The notes under the pieces: model-generated
Seen by the model: the letters and a program-made list of their open reading frames with translations, nothing else
Told to the model about the DNA's origin: nothing
Databases searched by the model: none
Shown: positions 1 to 12,292 of the stretch, piece by piece
Layout of the letters: each line of letters begins with the position of its first letter
Numbering within the stretch: the stretch's first letter is position 1
Translations under genes and position numbers: made by a program
DNA from: Azolla caroliniana
Lineage: Eukaryota > Plantae > Polypodiophyta
Length of the DNA: 64,000 nucleotides
Reading direction: 5' to 3'
Assembly: GCA_043228905.1 (NCBI GenBank)
Contig: JBHGNT010000007.1
Location: forward strand, 7,936,001 to 8,000,000

Positions 1-308
1 TCAAGGTTGTCTATTTGTTTTTGTTTGTGCACATGAATAGTACAGTACCTAGGATCAACCATGAAACTGGTGTTTGTATGGTTTAAGCATATATTTGAAA
101 GAAAAAACACCAATTAGCATAATTAAGTTTTAGGGGTATCCTGGTAACTCTTTTACAACCAAGGGATATTCTGGTAATCTTTACAAACCAAAGATTATCC
201 TGGTTAATCAATATAAAGCTGGGGGTATATTGAACTATTGTTTCCCAATATATAAATTTTTCATGTTCCCCAAGTATACTCTAATGCCAGACATATTGAT
301 TTGTTCAG

Positions 309-981
309 GATCTTGCAACAGCATTCATAAAAGTGCTTGGTAACAGCAAAGCTAGTAAGCAGGTGTACAATATATCTGGGGAAAAATATGTCACATTTGA
401 TGGCATTGCTAAAGCATGTGCTAAGGTACACTGGATGTCTTTTTCTTCAAAAAATGAAAGAGGATTTTCCAATTATTGTGGTAATGTGCTAGAAATACTT
501 TTCATTTTTTTTGTTGTTTCTCACTAGGCTGGTGGCTTTCCCGAACCTGAGCTGATACACTACAAACCCAAGGAGTTCGATTTCGGAAAGAGTAAATCCT
601 TCCCTTTAAGGGACCAGGTATGTCTTGATTTCTTGCTCAAATAGTCGCATGGCGTTTTGAATTTAACAATCTATCTATTCTTATACCATTGTTTTTTTAC
701 ATTCATCCTTTTTTCTTATATGTATAATCAATGTATTCTTGCATCATTTTTTTCACATGCTTTATTTTTCCTATGTCTTTGTTGTATTCTTGCAGCATTT
801 CTTCACGTCTATTGAGAAAGCTAAGACAGAGTTGGGATGGGAACCTAAATTTGGATTGGTGGAAGGGTTAACCGACTCGTATAATCTTGACTTTGGTCGA
901 GGAACATTTAGAAAAGCAGCTGATTTCACCGCTGATGACATTATATTGGAAAAGCTCGGAAAGGTAACTGTGGCTTTGTAA
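309..981 (+). CDS. CSP41b: Chloroplast stem-loop binding protein CSP41b (NAD-dependent epimerase/SDR fold), last three coding exons 309-425, 528-617, 796-981; gene starts upstream of the window
   Basis: GT-AG exons splice in frame to DLATAFIKVLGNSKASKQVYNISGEKYVTFDGIAKACAK/AGGFPEPELIHYKPKEFDFGKSKSFPLRDQ/HFFTSIEKAKTELGWEPKFGLVEGLTDSYNLDFGRGTFRKAADFTADDIILEKLGKVTVAL*, recognisable as the plant CSP41b C-terminus; nt 1-5 (TCAAG|GT) look like the end of the preceding exon (..HVK). Confidence 0.92.
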
Positions 982-1211
982 GAAGAGGGTCTTCACTTGG
1001 TTATTTCTTGCTCTAGCAAGTAGGCCATGGTTGATAAGGTGGAATTTCACATATGTTTATCTTATCATACACAACTACCTACCTCCATTGTGTTCATTGT
1101 ATTAGTTATAGTACTTCCCATATTGCGCTTGTACAAACACCGATGAAATAACAAACATGTTTCATCCTTACTTGATGTTGAGCCTTCATGGAAATGCTGC
1201 TTCTCAATGAT

Positions 1212-1476
1212 AGTTTGTAATCCCAAATGGTGTGGTTTATTGATGTGTACATTTTTTCCATGTAAATTTCATCTAAGTTTGTAATCCCAAATGGTGTGGT
1301 TCATCAATAGTGTCCATTTTTTTCCATGTAAATTTCAATCAAAGTGTGTAATCGCAAATGGTATTGATAAGTGTCCATTTTTTAACATGTAAATTTCAAT
1401 CTAAGTTTGTAATTGCAAATGGTGTGGTTTATTGATAGTGTTCATTTTTGTCCATGTAAATTTCATCCAAGTTTGT
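1212..1476. repeat. Degenerate ~63-bp tandem repeat, about 4 copies, downstream of the CSP41b stop
   Basis: Unit AGTTTGTAAT(C/T)(C/G)CAAATGGTGTGGT...CATTTTTT(C)CATGTAAATTTCA(A)TC recurs four times. Confidence 0.85.
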
Positions 1477-2173
1477 CCTTTTCTTTGTATGAGATGCATG
1501 TCCTCTAAATGAGTTTCCACTAAAATGAGATTTGCACTAATTCTTGAGAGGTAGGAAATGATATCTTAGTCTCTCACGTTGATAGGCATCAGTTTTTCTG
1601 TAGCCTACAACAACGCATATATGACAACTTGACATGGTTTGGGTTCACACAAAGGGGACACAAAAGTAGTGTGAATGTGGAATTACAAATACTTTTATTA
1701 ATGCTTCAATATAAGCAAGTGATAATGAAAGTTACGTGGAGGGAGATGCTGGGAAATCATGTAAGAGATTTTGAAACGTATATAAGCTACCAGATGTGAG
1801 TGCCAAGGACCATACGCATGCAAATTGTCTTTGTTGCAATAGAAGGCATATCACCCATCTAGAGTAGTATTAACGTGTCTCATAACCAAATGTAGGAATC
1901 ATGTTCAAGGATGAATTGATAGGGGGTGGTTCTGTCATGAGGCCATTTGAGGTTCGTGTAAAGTGATCTATGTCCTCGCCTAGTATCAACTATTAGACTT
2001 AGTGGTGGCAGCACACCTCAAAGTGCTGCTTTGGGCAATGCACATTGGCTTCCATATAAGTGGTTTACGACTAAGGTTGTCATAGTATTGGTCAGATTAG
2101 ATGGTGAAATCTTGCAAGAATTGCTCGAGCCATGATGGAGTAACAATCGCCTAGTATAATCAGATTAGATATT

Positions 2174-2386
2174 GAAATCTTTCAAGAATTGCTTGAGCCG
2201 TGATGGAGCTCATATTCCCAACCATTAACCTGGAAATGCTCGTTGTTTAATTATGAGAAAAGTATTGCCCCCAAATGCTAGTGAAATCTTTCACGAATTG
2301 CTTGAGCCGTGATGGAGCTCATATTCCCAACCATTAACCTGGAAATGTTCGTTGTTTAATTATGAGAAAAGTATTGCCCCCAAATG
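2174..2386. repeat. Direct tandem duplication of ~109 bp
   Basis: GAAATCTTTCA.GAATTGCTTGAGCCGTGATGGAGCTCATATTCCC...GCCCCCAAATG at ~2174-2277 and ~2283-2386; a partial third copy lies at ~2106. Confidence 0.85.
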
Positions 2387-3081
2387 AGAGTAAGTATCTG
2401 GGACATTTGACTGTATACCCATTCAGCAAACAATTTAATGAACATATATTTAGCTTTAGGTTGCATAACCTCTTGATTGTAGATGGTTTACGGTTAGATC
2501 ATTGTCATATATAGGAGGATGGACACAGTACTTAAAAAGACATGTGTACCCCAAATGTTCAAGTCATGAAAATGACGAATGACAAATTATGAATACAGGT
2601 GGACTGCCAGTCTAGGGTTTTCCATAAATTGCACAATCTAAACACACGAAACAAACGCATCTCACGGAGACACTCATATGAAATAAAAATCCAGAAATCT
2701 CTCATTATTTTCAGCGACTTACTTTGTAAAAAGTCTGCAAATGAGAATTACTATATACATGCAAAATTGATTCACTATTATTCATGTTTTCAAGTTCTCA
2801 TAGCATACGGAATTCAAATTGACTCTAAACTCACTGTATTTCACACATAATACATTTTCAAAACCACTAGGCGCAGAGCTGTCGCATAATAAAAACAAAA
2901 ATCTGGCCATATATCGTCCTATCTCACAAGATAATTCTCGTTCTATCTCAAACCATAATAGTGGTAGCCGCTTGAAGTTACCACGGAAGCATGCAAACGT
3001 ATCTTTAACAGGCAGAAAAGGACAGATAGCATCCTTAATTAATCAAACTTAGAGAGAAAAGGACAGAAATTCCAAAAGCCC

Positions 3082-3177
3082 GTGTGCCCTCAGATCTCAT
3101 AGCTCTAATAAGCTTCATCGGTGGCGTAATGGCAAACTACCTCATTCTTCTCCATTCTCATGTGAGGGTGAAGGGAC

Positions 3178-3219
<42 letters not shown>

Positions 3220-3365
3220 CGCGGTGATGGAGTGATGTGAAAACGGATCTGTGCAGGAATGAGCAGTGTGTGAAAAGAGAAGGGAGAAGAATGAGATCTT
3301 GTTTACCGCCACACTTGGACCTTCCGATCATCCAGCTTCGTTATGTTTTCCATCATAGGGCACAC
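3082..3365 (-). ncRNA. Box C/D guide RNA (snoRNA/scaRNA-like, ~285 nt), predicted guide for Cm34 of elongator pre-tRNA-Met(CAU)
   Basis: 8-bp terminal stem GTGTGCCC/GGGCACAC (3358-3365 with 3082-3089); box C ATGATGG (3350-3356); box D CTGA (3090-3093); C'-like CGATGA (~3115-3120); long internal stem (3121-3153 with 3283-3312); the guide before box D is complementary to TCTCATAGCT and its D+5 position pairs with the C of the CAT anticodon. Confidence 0.8.
3178..3219. repeat. (GAT)14 microsatellite inside the loop of the C/D RNA
   Basis: Direct read. Confidence 0.95.
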
Positions 3366-3393
3366 AAAAGGAGAAGGCGGAAAATACAACATT

Positions 3394-3600
3394 ACCCTAA
3401 ACCCTAACTACAAGGTTCACTACGTAACACACAAAACACCAAAACCCTAAACAGGCAGAGATGCAAAGAAACCCATAGCCACAAATCTGATGCTAGACCT
3501 TTAAGATCGTATAAACCCTAACTACAAGGTTCACCATGGAATACCCAAAACCCAAACAGGCAGAGAGGCAAAGAAATCCATATCTACAAATCTGATTCTC
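3394..3600. promoter_or_regulatory. Telo-box-rich (AAACCCTA) duplicated segment upstream of the C/D RNA
   Basis: ACCCTAAACCCTAA at ~3394, further AAACCCTA motifs at ~3442, ~3513 and ~3730 (reverse); a ~90-bp unit ACCCTAACTACAAGGTTCAC...ACAAATCTGAT occurs twice. Telo-boxes are typical near plant snoRNA and translation-machinery genes. Confidence 0.45.
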
Positions 3601-4514
3601 AACCTTTTAAGATCACAAGTATATATACATATACATACATATATATATATACACATATTATAGATATGAACCAGAGGAGGCGATTAGCAAACAGAGGAGC
3701 GGACATGCAAGAAAGATCGACACGATTTCTAGGGTTTCTTTCCACAGCTGCTTCTACACACACGGATTGGATGCCTTTCACACTTTAGGAGGATCAGATC
3801 AGGCGGCCTCTGGGACACCCACCATCCATCCCGATTCGGCCCCATCCTCATCCCCTATAAACTGACTCCGCCACTGGACATCCATCTTATTGATTCTTAC
3901 CCTCGTCCGGCTTCATCTTCAAGTGTTTTCTTCAAACTCTAAAACCGGAATCGGCCACGTTTCGTAATAACAAAAAAAAACACTCGCATACTATAACATT
4001 TGTATTGGTGCGGATCATGTGATAGAAAAAAACATTATACGGTTTTCGTTGATAACTTCTCACTTCAGACCATTACCATTGATATGTGTCTCGTGAAAAC
4101 CGATATGGATGGGCTTCGGGTTGGTTCAAATTCGAACAATAGGTGGTCACCATCAAGATTCTATGTTCGTTATCTAGCCATTGTGGCTACTAGCTTAGTT
4201 TTCTTCCTTGATGCGCTTGTCTCCATCCAAAATTTGTAGGCTCTCATATAGCCACTTGGATTCAATTCATAGCCATATAAAAGGCTTCAAGAAACAACAT
4301 ATTTCGTTATTGTATGGTAAGCTTCTATATGTCTTCTTGTGTGCAATATCCGTTTCTTCCTGCCCTAACTTTTGGGCTTACTCAAGTCATGTTTTGTAGT
4401 ACAACATTATATAATAGCTATATATAAATCGTGATGGTTATTAACGTCTTTTGACTTAATATTAAAGTTGTTGTTGTTGTTGACGGCTTCTACCCCGACC
4501 AGTACGTCCATCAT

Positions 4515-4650
4515 AGAAGATGTATGGTTTGTCGACTCAAACCACATGACATCTCACCAATAATGGTTTCGAGACCTGAGAGAGCTCGAATGACCCGGCT
4601 ATGTGGAAACAGGGGATGACACAATTCATCCCATTCAGCATGTCGGCTAT
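4515..4650 (+). mobile_element. Short Copia protease-region relic
   Basis: Translates as EDVWFVDS..NHMTSHQ*WFRDLRELE*PGYVETGDDTIHPIQHV, similar to 18050-18195. Confidence 0.7.
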
Positions 4651-4759
4651 GTGGAACAACGCGTTAATAATCTACCTTTGTGAAATGACTTTATGATATT
4701 CGCATTACATCTAAACACGATCCTCAAGTTGGAACGTAGGTTCCTTTGGTGAATAATGT

Positions 4760-7200
4760 ATTAATATAAATACTATTGAGCTTTACTAATCTATTTCATA
4801 CGTGGGCTATTGATCACTACAATCTACTCCTCCTATTAGGTTTCCTTACAACCAAATTGATATGAATATAAATTCTATTGCCATTTTATAAACTATCTTT
4901 TACTTCAATTGTCTATTCAATTTGATTCAACCTTTTGTCTTCATATTGATTTCGTGATCATATGCTCATTGATCTTCCTTGATTCGCTTCTCTCTCAGTC
5001 AAGAACCCCAACAATTCCATATCAACACAGACATGATTCAAAGTGAAATATGAACTTCACATGAACAGAATTTGTGTGAAAGCTCTAGTGATTCCCTTGG
5101 AGTTTAACTAGATGATCCTCGAGAACTATATTCATAAAATGACAAAATGTCCAAACATATTCCGCAACGAGGGTGATGACTTGTATTCGTGAAGCGAAAA
5201 GTATACCTCGTGGAAGAATGCATAAAATATTATTAGAAAGAAGCTTTAAAAAACACAAGAAATTAACCCAATCATGTCATTGGTGACTAAGTGAGATATT
5301 TCTCTAATGTTAAATTCATGTGCTTCGTTCGACCATCACCATGTGAATGATAGATTACAATAGCTATTGAACAACTTGAGTAAATGCTTCCAATACTTCA
5401 AAATGAGTTGTGCATGTGATATGGGAAACCATGATGCTTGAATACTTACCGCATAACCAAATCAAGTAATGAATATAAGAATGACATCAAAACCATTTAA
5501 AGCTACGTGATTCGTAATGAAATCAAAGAAAATATATCTCCATGGACTATGTAGAATTATCAGTGGTTGTAACCATCCATACGGACGATGCCGCAACATT
5601 TTGAACCCACAACATACATCACAAGTGTGAATACAATCCTAGAAAATATTACAAAAGTTGAAGCCACAAGTAGTTCCCAATTTCATGACTAGCATGATAC
5701 TAGACATGATTTATTATATTACATGGTGAGTCTAATGTTAAAAGAGTGGTCGAATGGTGGCATATATCCATAAAGAGGTGCCAGATAGCACCCATTCATG
5801 GTCTACCTTGTTTGTGTTCTTGGTTGTATAAATTTGGGGTTCCCACCTTGGTTGTCCTCAAGGAGTTCTACCAGAAGTTATTGGGTCAATATCATGTTTG
5901 TTGTCACACTAATAGCCAACTCCAATGTCTCGTGGACTCCAAGAAGTATAGCCACGGACATACCATAATAATGTTTCGATACACGAAAACGAGAAGAGCC
6001 CGCCCTCAAAAACTCATAAAATACTACTTTCATAGAGTAAACCACGTCAACTGAATTGAACATAATAGTTACGAGAATCATAGTACCTTGAACAACAAGC
6101 ACAATATTGAATGATATGAATTAAGAAATCTTAGGCAAAGGCAACTTCCATTTATCTCTAGTTTGTGGCAATATAGTTCCAAATGCAAAATCAAACACAT
6201 TCACTTCAATGATGAAAGGCTTGACTACGTTGACATGACTCAAAATCGACAGAAGTAAAAGCTTATCATCAATATATCTTGGATGAAAGAGCTATCCACA
6301 TTTTTGGCTAGGTTTTCTTGAGCACATGGATCCAATGCTACTCATGTTGCAATAGTTAGAGTTGAATCCACATCCATTATCTCATCATCTATTGTTTTTT
6401 CATTTATGTAGTAGTCATTTGCAAGCCGTCGTAATTAGAGAACATTATACATACCCTGATGTTGATTTACGTTTACCAACACACCTCAATAAGGTGGATT
6501 ATGAAAAACTTACTTCAACAATTACACTTACTCTAAAGCTCAAACCTTGGTCCGTTGTCCCTTACATGTACCACATGATTTCATTTGATTGCTTCTCGAT
6601 GCTTATTGTGAAGGTTTAACATCAATCTAATGACCACTTCAATTCCAAATACAATGTTAGGTCATGTGCCCACTATGGATCACATCAACTTTCCCTTGCA
6701 TTTCAACTCAAGGCAAAAACTCATCATGAATGAATAAATCAAGTTACCCGAGTTGATGAAATTCATGTATTTTACCATATTATCATCAAGGGTGAACATC
6801 TACCCTTCTGTTCGTATGCAAGTGACTAGCCAAACACTTGTCTCTAAGGTCTTTGATGAAGCACTTACTATTATTGAATCATATTTGTATCCATTACTTA
6901 TTTGTCCAATTGATATTAAGTTATTTGTGATAGTGGGAACATGCAATATATTCTTTATGAATTTTCGATATATTGTGTTATTTAATGAGACATCTCCAAT
7001 GTGATGAATGGATGCACGGTAATATCACTTCGCAACATGTTGTCGGGTTGCTCAAATATTTGTTGTTGTAAAACTAAGTGTGTGCATGTGAATGTTGAGT
7101 GGGACCATCATGGATTTCAACCATGTAGAAAGATGACATTGTTGATAAAGGGCTGCGTAAGATAATGGCATGGAATTATCGTCTTTTTATAAATGTCTTT
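4760..7200 (-). mobile_element. Highly decayed Ty3/Gypsy pol remnant (boundaries approximate)
   Basis: Minus-strand GWLQPLIILHSPWRYIFFDFITN at ~5510-5580 (integrase GLLQPL.IP..PW..ISMDFI motif) and YIDD near 6270 (RT), in RT-then-IN order. Confidence 0.55.
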
Positions 7201-8959
7201 CGCATAAATACCTTTGTTGCATTACATATTTGTTCGTGGCAACTCATTGAGTAATTCATTCGTGGAAAACCTTCACATAAGTTTGCACTTGCAAAATTTT
7301 ATTAGGGAAAACCTCACTTAATTTTTTGCATTCAAGGAAATTATTTAGGGAAAATTTTGTTAAAGAGGTTGCACATAAAATCGTGCAAACTTGTCATGTA
7401 GAAGACTTTATGTAATCATTATGTGTAGAGTCTTTGCTCAAAGTTCTCGCAAAATCCTTTTGTGCAATTCACCTTGAAATTAATTTTTTTGTGCCAAAAT
7501 TTATGAGGTGATTTGTTCTCCAACCCAAATCAATGAATCTAATTTTCAAATTTTCAAAGTAATATAGATTAAAATATTACGAGGAGTTATACTTCCTCAC
7601 CGATTACAATATGCTTAGAGAGAGAAATATATCAAGGTAGTATCAATTACACGATTGATAAACCATTTTACATAGGGCGTGAGAGATCAAGATTTAGAAG
7701 AAATTAGGCTTAAAAGAGAGTGTAAAAAAGGGCAAGATATCCTTAGGTCTCGACTGTCAACCCATGACAAGCCCATGATAGACATTCACATCGCCTTTTG
7801 TTGTCATAGGCCTTCAATGTACCCTCATAATTTTCTTTTTCCCTAAAAATATGTCATCAAACAAAAATTGGGAGTTTGATCCCTAAAGCTGCCATGAAGA
7901 AGAAGCATCGATCATTTCCACTTGATGAGGGAGAAGAAAAAACCCTCTCACACACAACAACAAAGAAGAAGAAAAATCGAGCCAAACAACACTTAACTGC
8001 GCCAATGGCTAAGACGAGCCTTCGAGCTTTCGCCATAATTATTCACGTCGCAATGTGATTATAACCCATATTGACAAAGAGGAAGCTAAGTTATGATAGT
8101 ATAAAGACAGTTGACACATTTTTGCCATTAAGGAAGTGTGCATCATTCACTTGGAAAGCTCAATTTTGCCATTTGATTTGATGATGAGTTCAGCGTGGTT
8201 ATTGTGAGGAACCCAAGAAGAATGAAAACTTATCTATGATAGGCACAATAGCACCCATGATGGTCCTCCTATTGTGAGAAGAATTTGGATACGTGTTTGG
8301 GTTATCTTTTTATGCTACACCTCACTAAGATAGAGAGTGAGGGGACAATGAGAAAACAAATTATTTGGAACGGTGGTTGTGCTTGAGATGTATCAGCCAA
8401 CAAACACAATGGTCACATATATGCACAACAATAGAGGAGCTAACCCTCCAAGTCTGAAAGCTAGTTACAACCTTCCTTATAATATTCAAGATTCATTGGA
8501 AGTTTCACATTGGTCGAGCCGAGTTGGGCTCTCATCTCAGGATGCCCTATTTATAACAATATTCCAATTTGTCGACAGGAAGGCGTGGCAAGGAGAACAT
8601 GAATGAGTACAATTTTGAACACAAACACAAACACATACACATACACACACAAACAACTTTCCAATTATGCTACTTGTTAAGCTCGTCCTTTTTTTTCTAA
8701 GCGTACCTTAGCATGAAGGTGATTTTCATCCACTTGCTACACAAGACACAGACACACATGACAATCGCCACGATCAAGAGAAGAAAGAAGAAAAATGGTG
8801 AAGAGGTAGGTACTTGCAGGACTCAAGGAGGAGGAGCCCATTCATTCAGTCATAATTTCATTTGAAGGAAGAAGCTACAGATTGTTTTGGGGCGCTTTCA
8901 CACTGCAGCCCGGACGTAGAGATGCCGTGGAAAGAAAAGTAAAGAAAGCACAGAAGAAG

Positions 8960-8965
8960 CCCTAA

Positions 8966-8996
<31 letters not shown>

Positions 8997-10209
8997 TGCA
9001 AGCTCTCGCCATCGCCCGTTGGCCACAGTCGCAGACAACAGACGATCGTTTCCCTGTCCTCGCTGCTCTACTAACCGACATTTGAAGTTTCGGATTCGAG
9101 GTGAGGCCTTTATACAGAAACAAAAGTTTTTTGAACAGAAAACCATTATGATTAGGGTTTTCAACGGAAGTATTCGCTGTGAGGACTTTGAACACAAACC
9201 ATTAAATTAAGTTTTTTTTTTTTTTTTTCGGAACGGAAATTGTCCACGTAAGTATTTTCGGGTGAAGGACTTCTGTTTTGAATAGAATCTCCATGCTTTA
9301 GATTCTTAGGTCTCTGTAATGAACGTACAGAAATGCATACTGGATTCCTAAAATAGCAAATAAGAAAGAGAGTGTCTTATGCCTGTGTGCTTTTTCCTAT
9401 TACAGGCTGTGAAAATCGCAGAAAACATTGAGTCGAATCATTAAGGTAAAGAATTCTAGTGCTTTCTGTTTCCTCCGATTTCGGAGCTAGATCCTCGATC
9501 ATTGAATCATAAAAGGCCCATGAACCATTTCTACAACTTTGCGGGTGTCATCATGATTCCGCTCACAGGTTGTTGAACTTTAACGAATTGAAGCTGACAC
9601 TATCAAGTTCAAGAATCTGAATAGAAACTATCAAGGGCAAGATTCTGAGCAAAAACCATTAGCACGGGATCGTGGAGTCGTAATCATTTAGGTAAGATTT
9701 AAAGCAAATTTTGTTGATATATTTGTTTTGAGCATAAACGGATTTTAAGATTTCCAGTGAAAACTAGTAAAGGTTAAATTTTCAACAGAAACTATTTAGA
9801 TAAGATGTTGAGAGCTTAAGATAAGACTTTAAGCTGAAACTGTTGAGTAGTTTTTGAGCTGAAACTGGTCTTTTAGTTTCTAGCAAAAGACTCCTAAACT
9901 AAGGTTCTCAGCAGAAACTATTAATCCAATATTTAGCTGCAGAAAGTATTAACTGTTCACTTAGATCTATGAGATAGTTTCACATTTCATGACCTCATAG
10001 ATTTTTGGGTTACATATGCATCTTTGCTTAATGAACACTCAGAAGGGTGTGAAAAATCCTCAATCACAAACTAATTTACTTAGATACCTGTAATGGATCC
10101 ACAAACTTTATGTCGGTACACACTTGTACACATCTCTTTTCAACTTTCTGTGATGATTACACTTACAGGAGGTGAAAAATATCTGAAGGTTTTGAGGAGA
10201 AATTAGACC
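8960..10209 (+). other. Probable multi-exon 5' UTR of eIF3f (exons ~8960-9100, 9406-9445, 9569-9691, 10169-10209)
   Basis: CCCTAA plus (CT)n tract at the start; donors GTGAGG 9101, GTAAAG 9446, GTAAGA 9692; acceptors TTACAG 9405, TCACAG 9568, TTACAG 10168; the spliced leader contains no ATG. Confidence 0.55.
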
Positions 10210-12292
10210 ATGGCGATAGGGAGCTCTATCTTGCAGCTGGCGTCTGGTCCTACTGGAAGTTCGGCCAAGCTTCACCCTACTGTGCTTTTCAACATCTGTG
10301 ATTCTTACATCAGGCGAAATGATCAAACAGAGAGGGTTATTGGAACTTTGTTAGGTTCTGTGTCTTCTGATGGAGTTGTGGACATTCGCAACTCGTACGC
10401 TGTGCCTCACAATGAGTCTTCTGAACAGGTATTATCCATTGCAAAAGAAGAACTTTTTTTCTTGTTAATTTTTGTTCAAGTTATTTGGCATGGGGTTGTA
10501 TCTGAGCAGTCTTTTGGATGAAAGAGTGCATAGTGTATCACATATACGTTGTTTTTTGAACAGAAAGGTGTGTTCTGAGCATCTTGGTTGAATGTATGAA
10601 CTTGGTTGGGTATACAGAATTGAAGTGTGCACAGGCTAACCTGTGGTGATCTATCTTGATGTATTGGAGTACATCGCAATTGGCTATTGACCAATAGAAA
10701 TCATTTTGTGTAATGCCATGTCCCTACTTGCAATGAGCATAAAACATTGCAGATTATTTGTGTTTATTAGCAGTAAGGTTCAGGAAAACACTATAATGGG
10801 TACTGAATAGATATTATATTCTATGTATATTAAGATTAATGGCACTGGAAAGTTTGAGATTTATGTAGAACACTCAGATGATTCAATGATGTTTTGAGCA
10901 CGAGAACAGTTCTGTTATGAGATCTCCTTGGTTCTATTAGTCAAAGGTTTAGAATACAGAGGTATAGTGAACAGAAGGTTGTGTGGCAATCTTTTTGGTG
11001 GTGGTTGTTGAGAAGTCTTTGGGATTAAAGAGTAGTCTCGGAAACATTGAGAATTCAGGAGGGAGGGTGTTAGTCACTATAAAGACAATCTCAACGCTAA
11101 GTATTTGCAAGGGAAGTGAAAATTGAATGTCACACTGCAGTGATCCTTTGTGGGAAGGTTGTTTGATGATCTCCATACCTTTTTATTCTAATTGATGAGT
11201 CTCTGCTGCCATGAGGTGGGATAGGAAGTATAGAAGATTCAGGTGGGTGGACGGGAGTATATAACACCAATGGGTATTGACTTGATATGTACTTGTATAA
11301 TGACAGGTTGCAGTGGACATTGAATATCACAAATCAATGTTTGACCTGCATCAACGAGTGAACCCAAAGGAGGTGATAGTTGGCTGGTAAGTGCAGTTGT
11401 CTATGGATTACAAGTAAACATGGTGATATCTTACTTGGAATTTTTAACCATAGGTACTCTACAAGTGCAAGAGTGAGTGGTAGTGATGCATTGATTCAAG
11501 ATTTCTATGCCCGGGAGACCCAGAATCCTGTGTATTTGACTGTGGACACCACATTTCAAGACGAGGCTGCAAGTATTAAAGCATATGTTTCTACTATCCT
11601 TACACTCGGTGAACGCCAACTTGCTGCCCAATTTCATGAAGTTCAACTTGACCTTCGGATGGTAGAAGCGGAGAGAGTTGGATGTAATGATGAATAATAA
11701 TATATAATTAATACTTTAAGTTTTGGCCCTTCTTGTCTTGTATTTGTATTGTAACCCTATTTTTTGTTATACTTGTTGGGTGGCAGTTGATGTCTTGAAG
11801 AAAACAATTGTGGAAAAGCTTCCTGATGATTTAGAGGCATTAGAGATGACCATGGGAAGGTTGCATAGCATGGTTGAAACAGTATTTAAATACGTCGATG
11901 ATGTTGTGGTAAGGATTAATTTTCTTTATGGTGTAAAATGTGTTTTTTTTACATGGTAATTTATGAGATATGGTCATTTTAACAGGAGGGGCGGACTCCT
12001 CCAGACAATACTGTGGGAAGGTATCTCTCAGATACAATAGCTTCGATACCTAAGATTTCTCCAGAAGCATTTGATAAACTTTTCAATGACAGTATTCAGG
12101 TGACTAAACTCAAATCAAACCCTTTAGAAATTTGTCTCAAAATTGATTCTTTGTTCATCTTGAAATTTTTTGTTATTGACTTTGATTCCTTCTTTTATTC
12201 AGGATCTGCTTCTGGTGCTTTATCTGGCCAATTTAACCAGAACACAACTATCACTAGCGAAGAAGCTGAATTCGGCAGCTCAAGTCTTCTAA
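10210..12292 (+). CDS. eIF3f: Eukaryotic translation initiation factor 3 subunit F (MPN domain); exons 10210-10428, 11307-11386, 11454-11683, 11787-11908, 11986-12099, 12203-12292; ~284 aa
   Basis: All introns are GT-AG and phases are consistent; motifs HPTVLFNICDSYIRR, RVIGTLLG, NSYAVPHNES, VNPKEVIVGWYST, DLLLVLYLANLTRTQL are characteristic of plant eIF3f. Confidence 0.95.

Noticed and set aside
1212-1476. CRISPR-like repeat array
   Set aside because: Contiguous degenerate tandem units without unique spacers, in a eukaryotic context with no cas genes.
3178-3219. Plus-strand TGATGA runs as multiple box C motifs, or a poly-Asp/His coding tract
   Set aside because: A simple (GAT)n microsatellite with no plus-strand box D or stem and no credible ORF; the structured RNA is on the minus strand.
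10150-10187. TGATGA...CTGA pair upstream of eIF3f as a snoRNA
   Set aside because: Under 40 nt apart, spans a splice acceptor and lacks a terminal stem.
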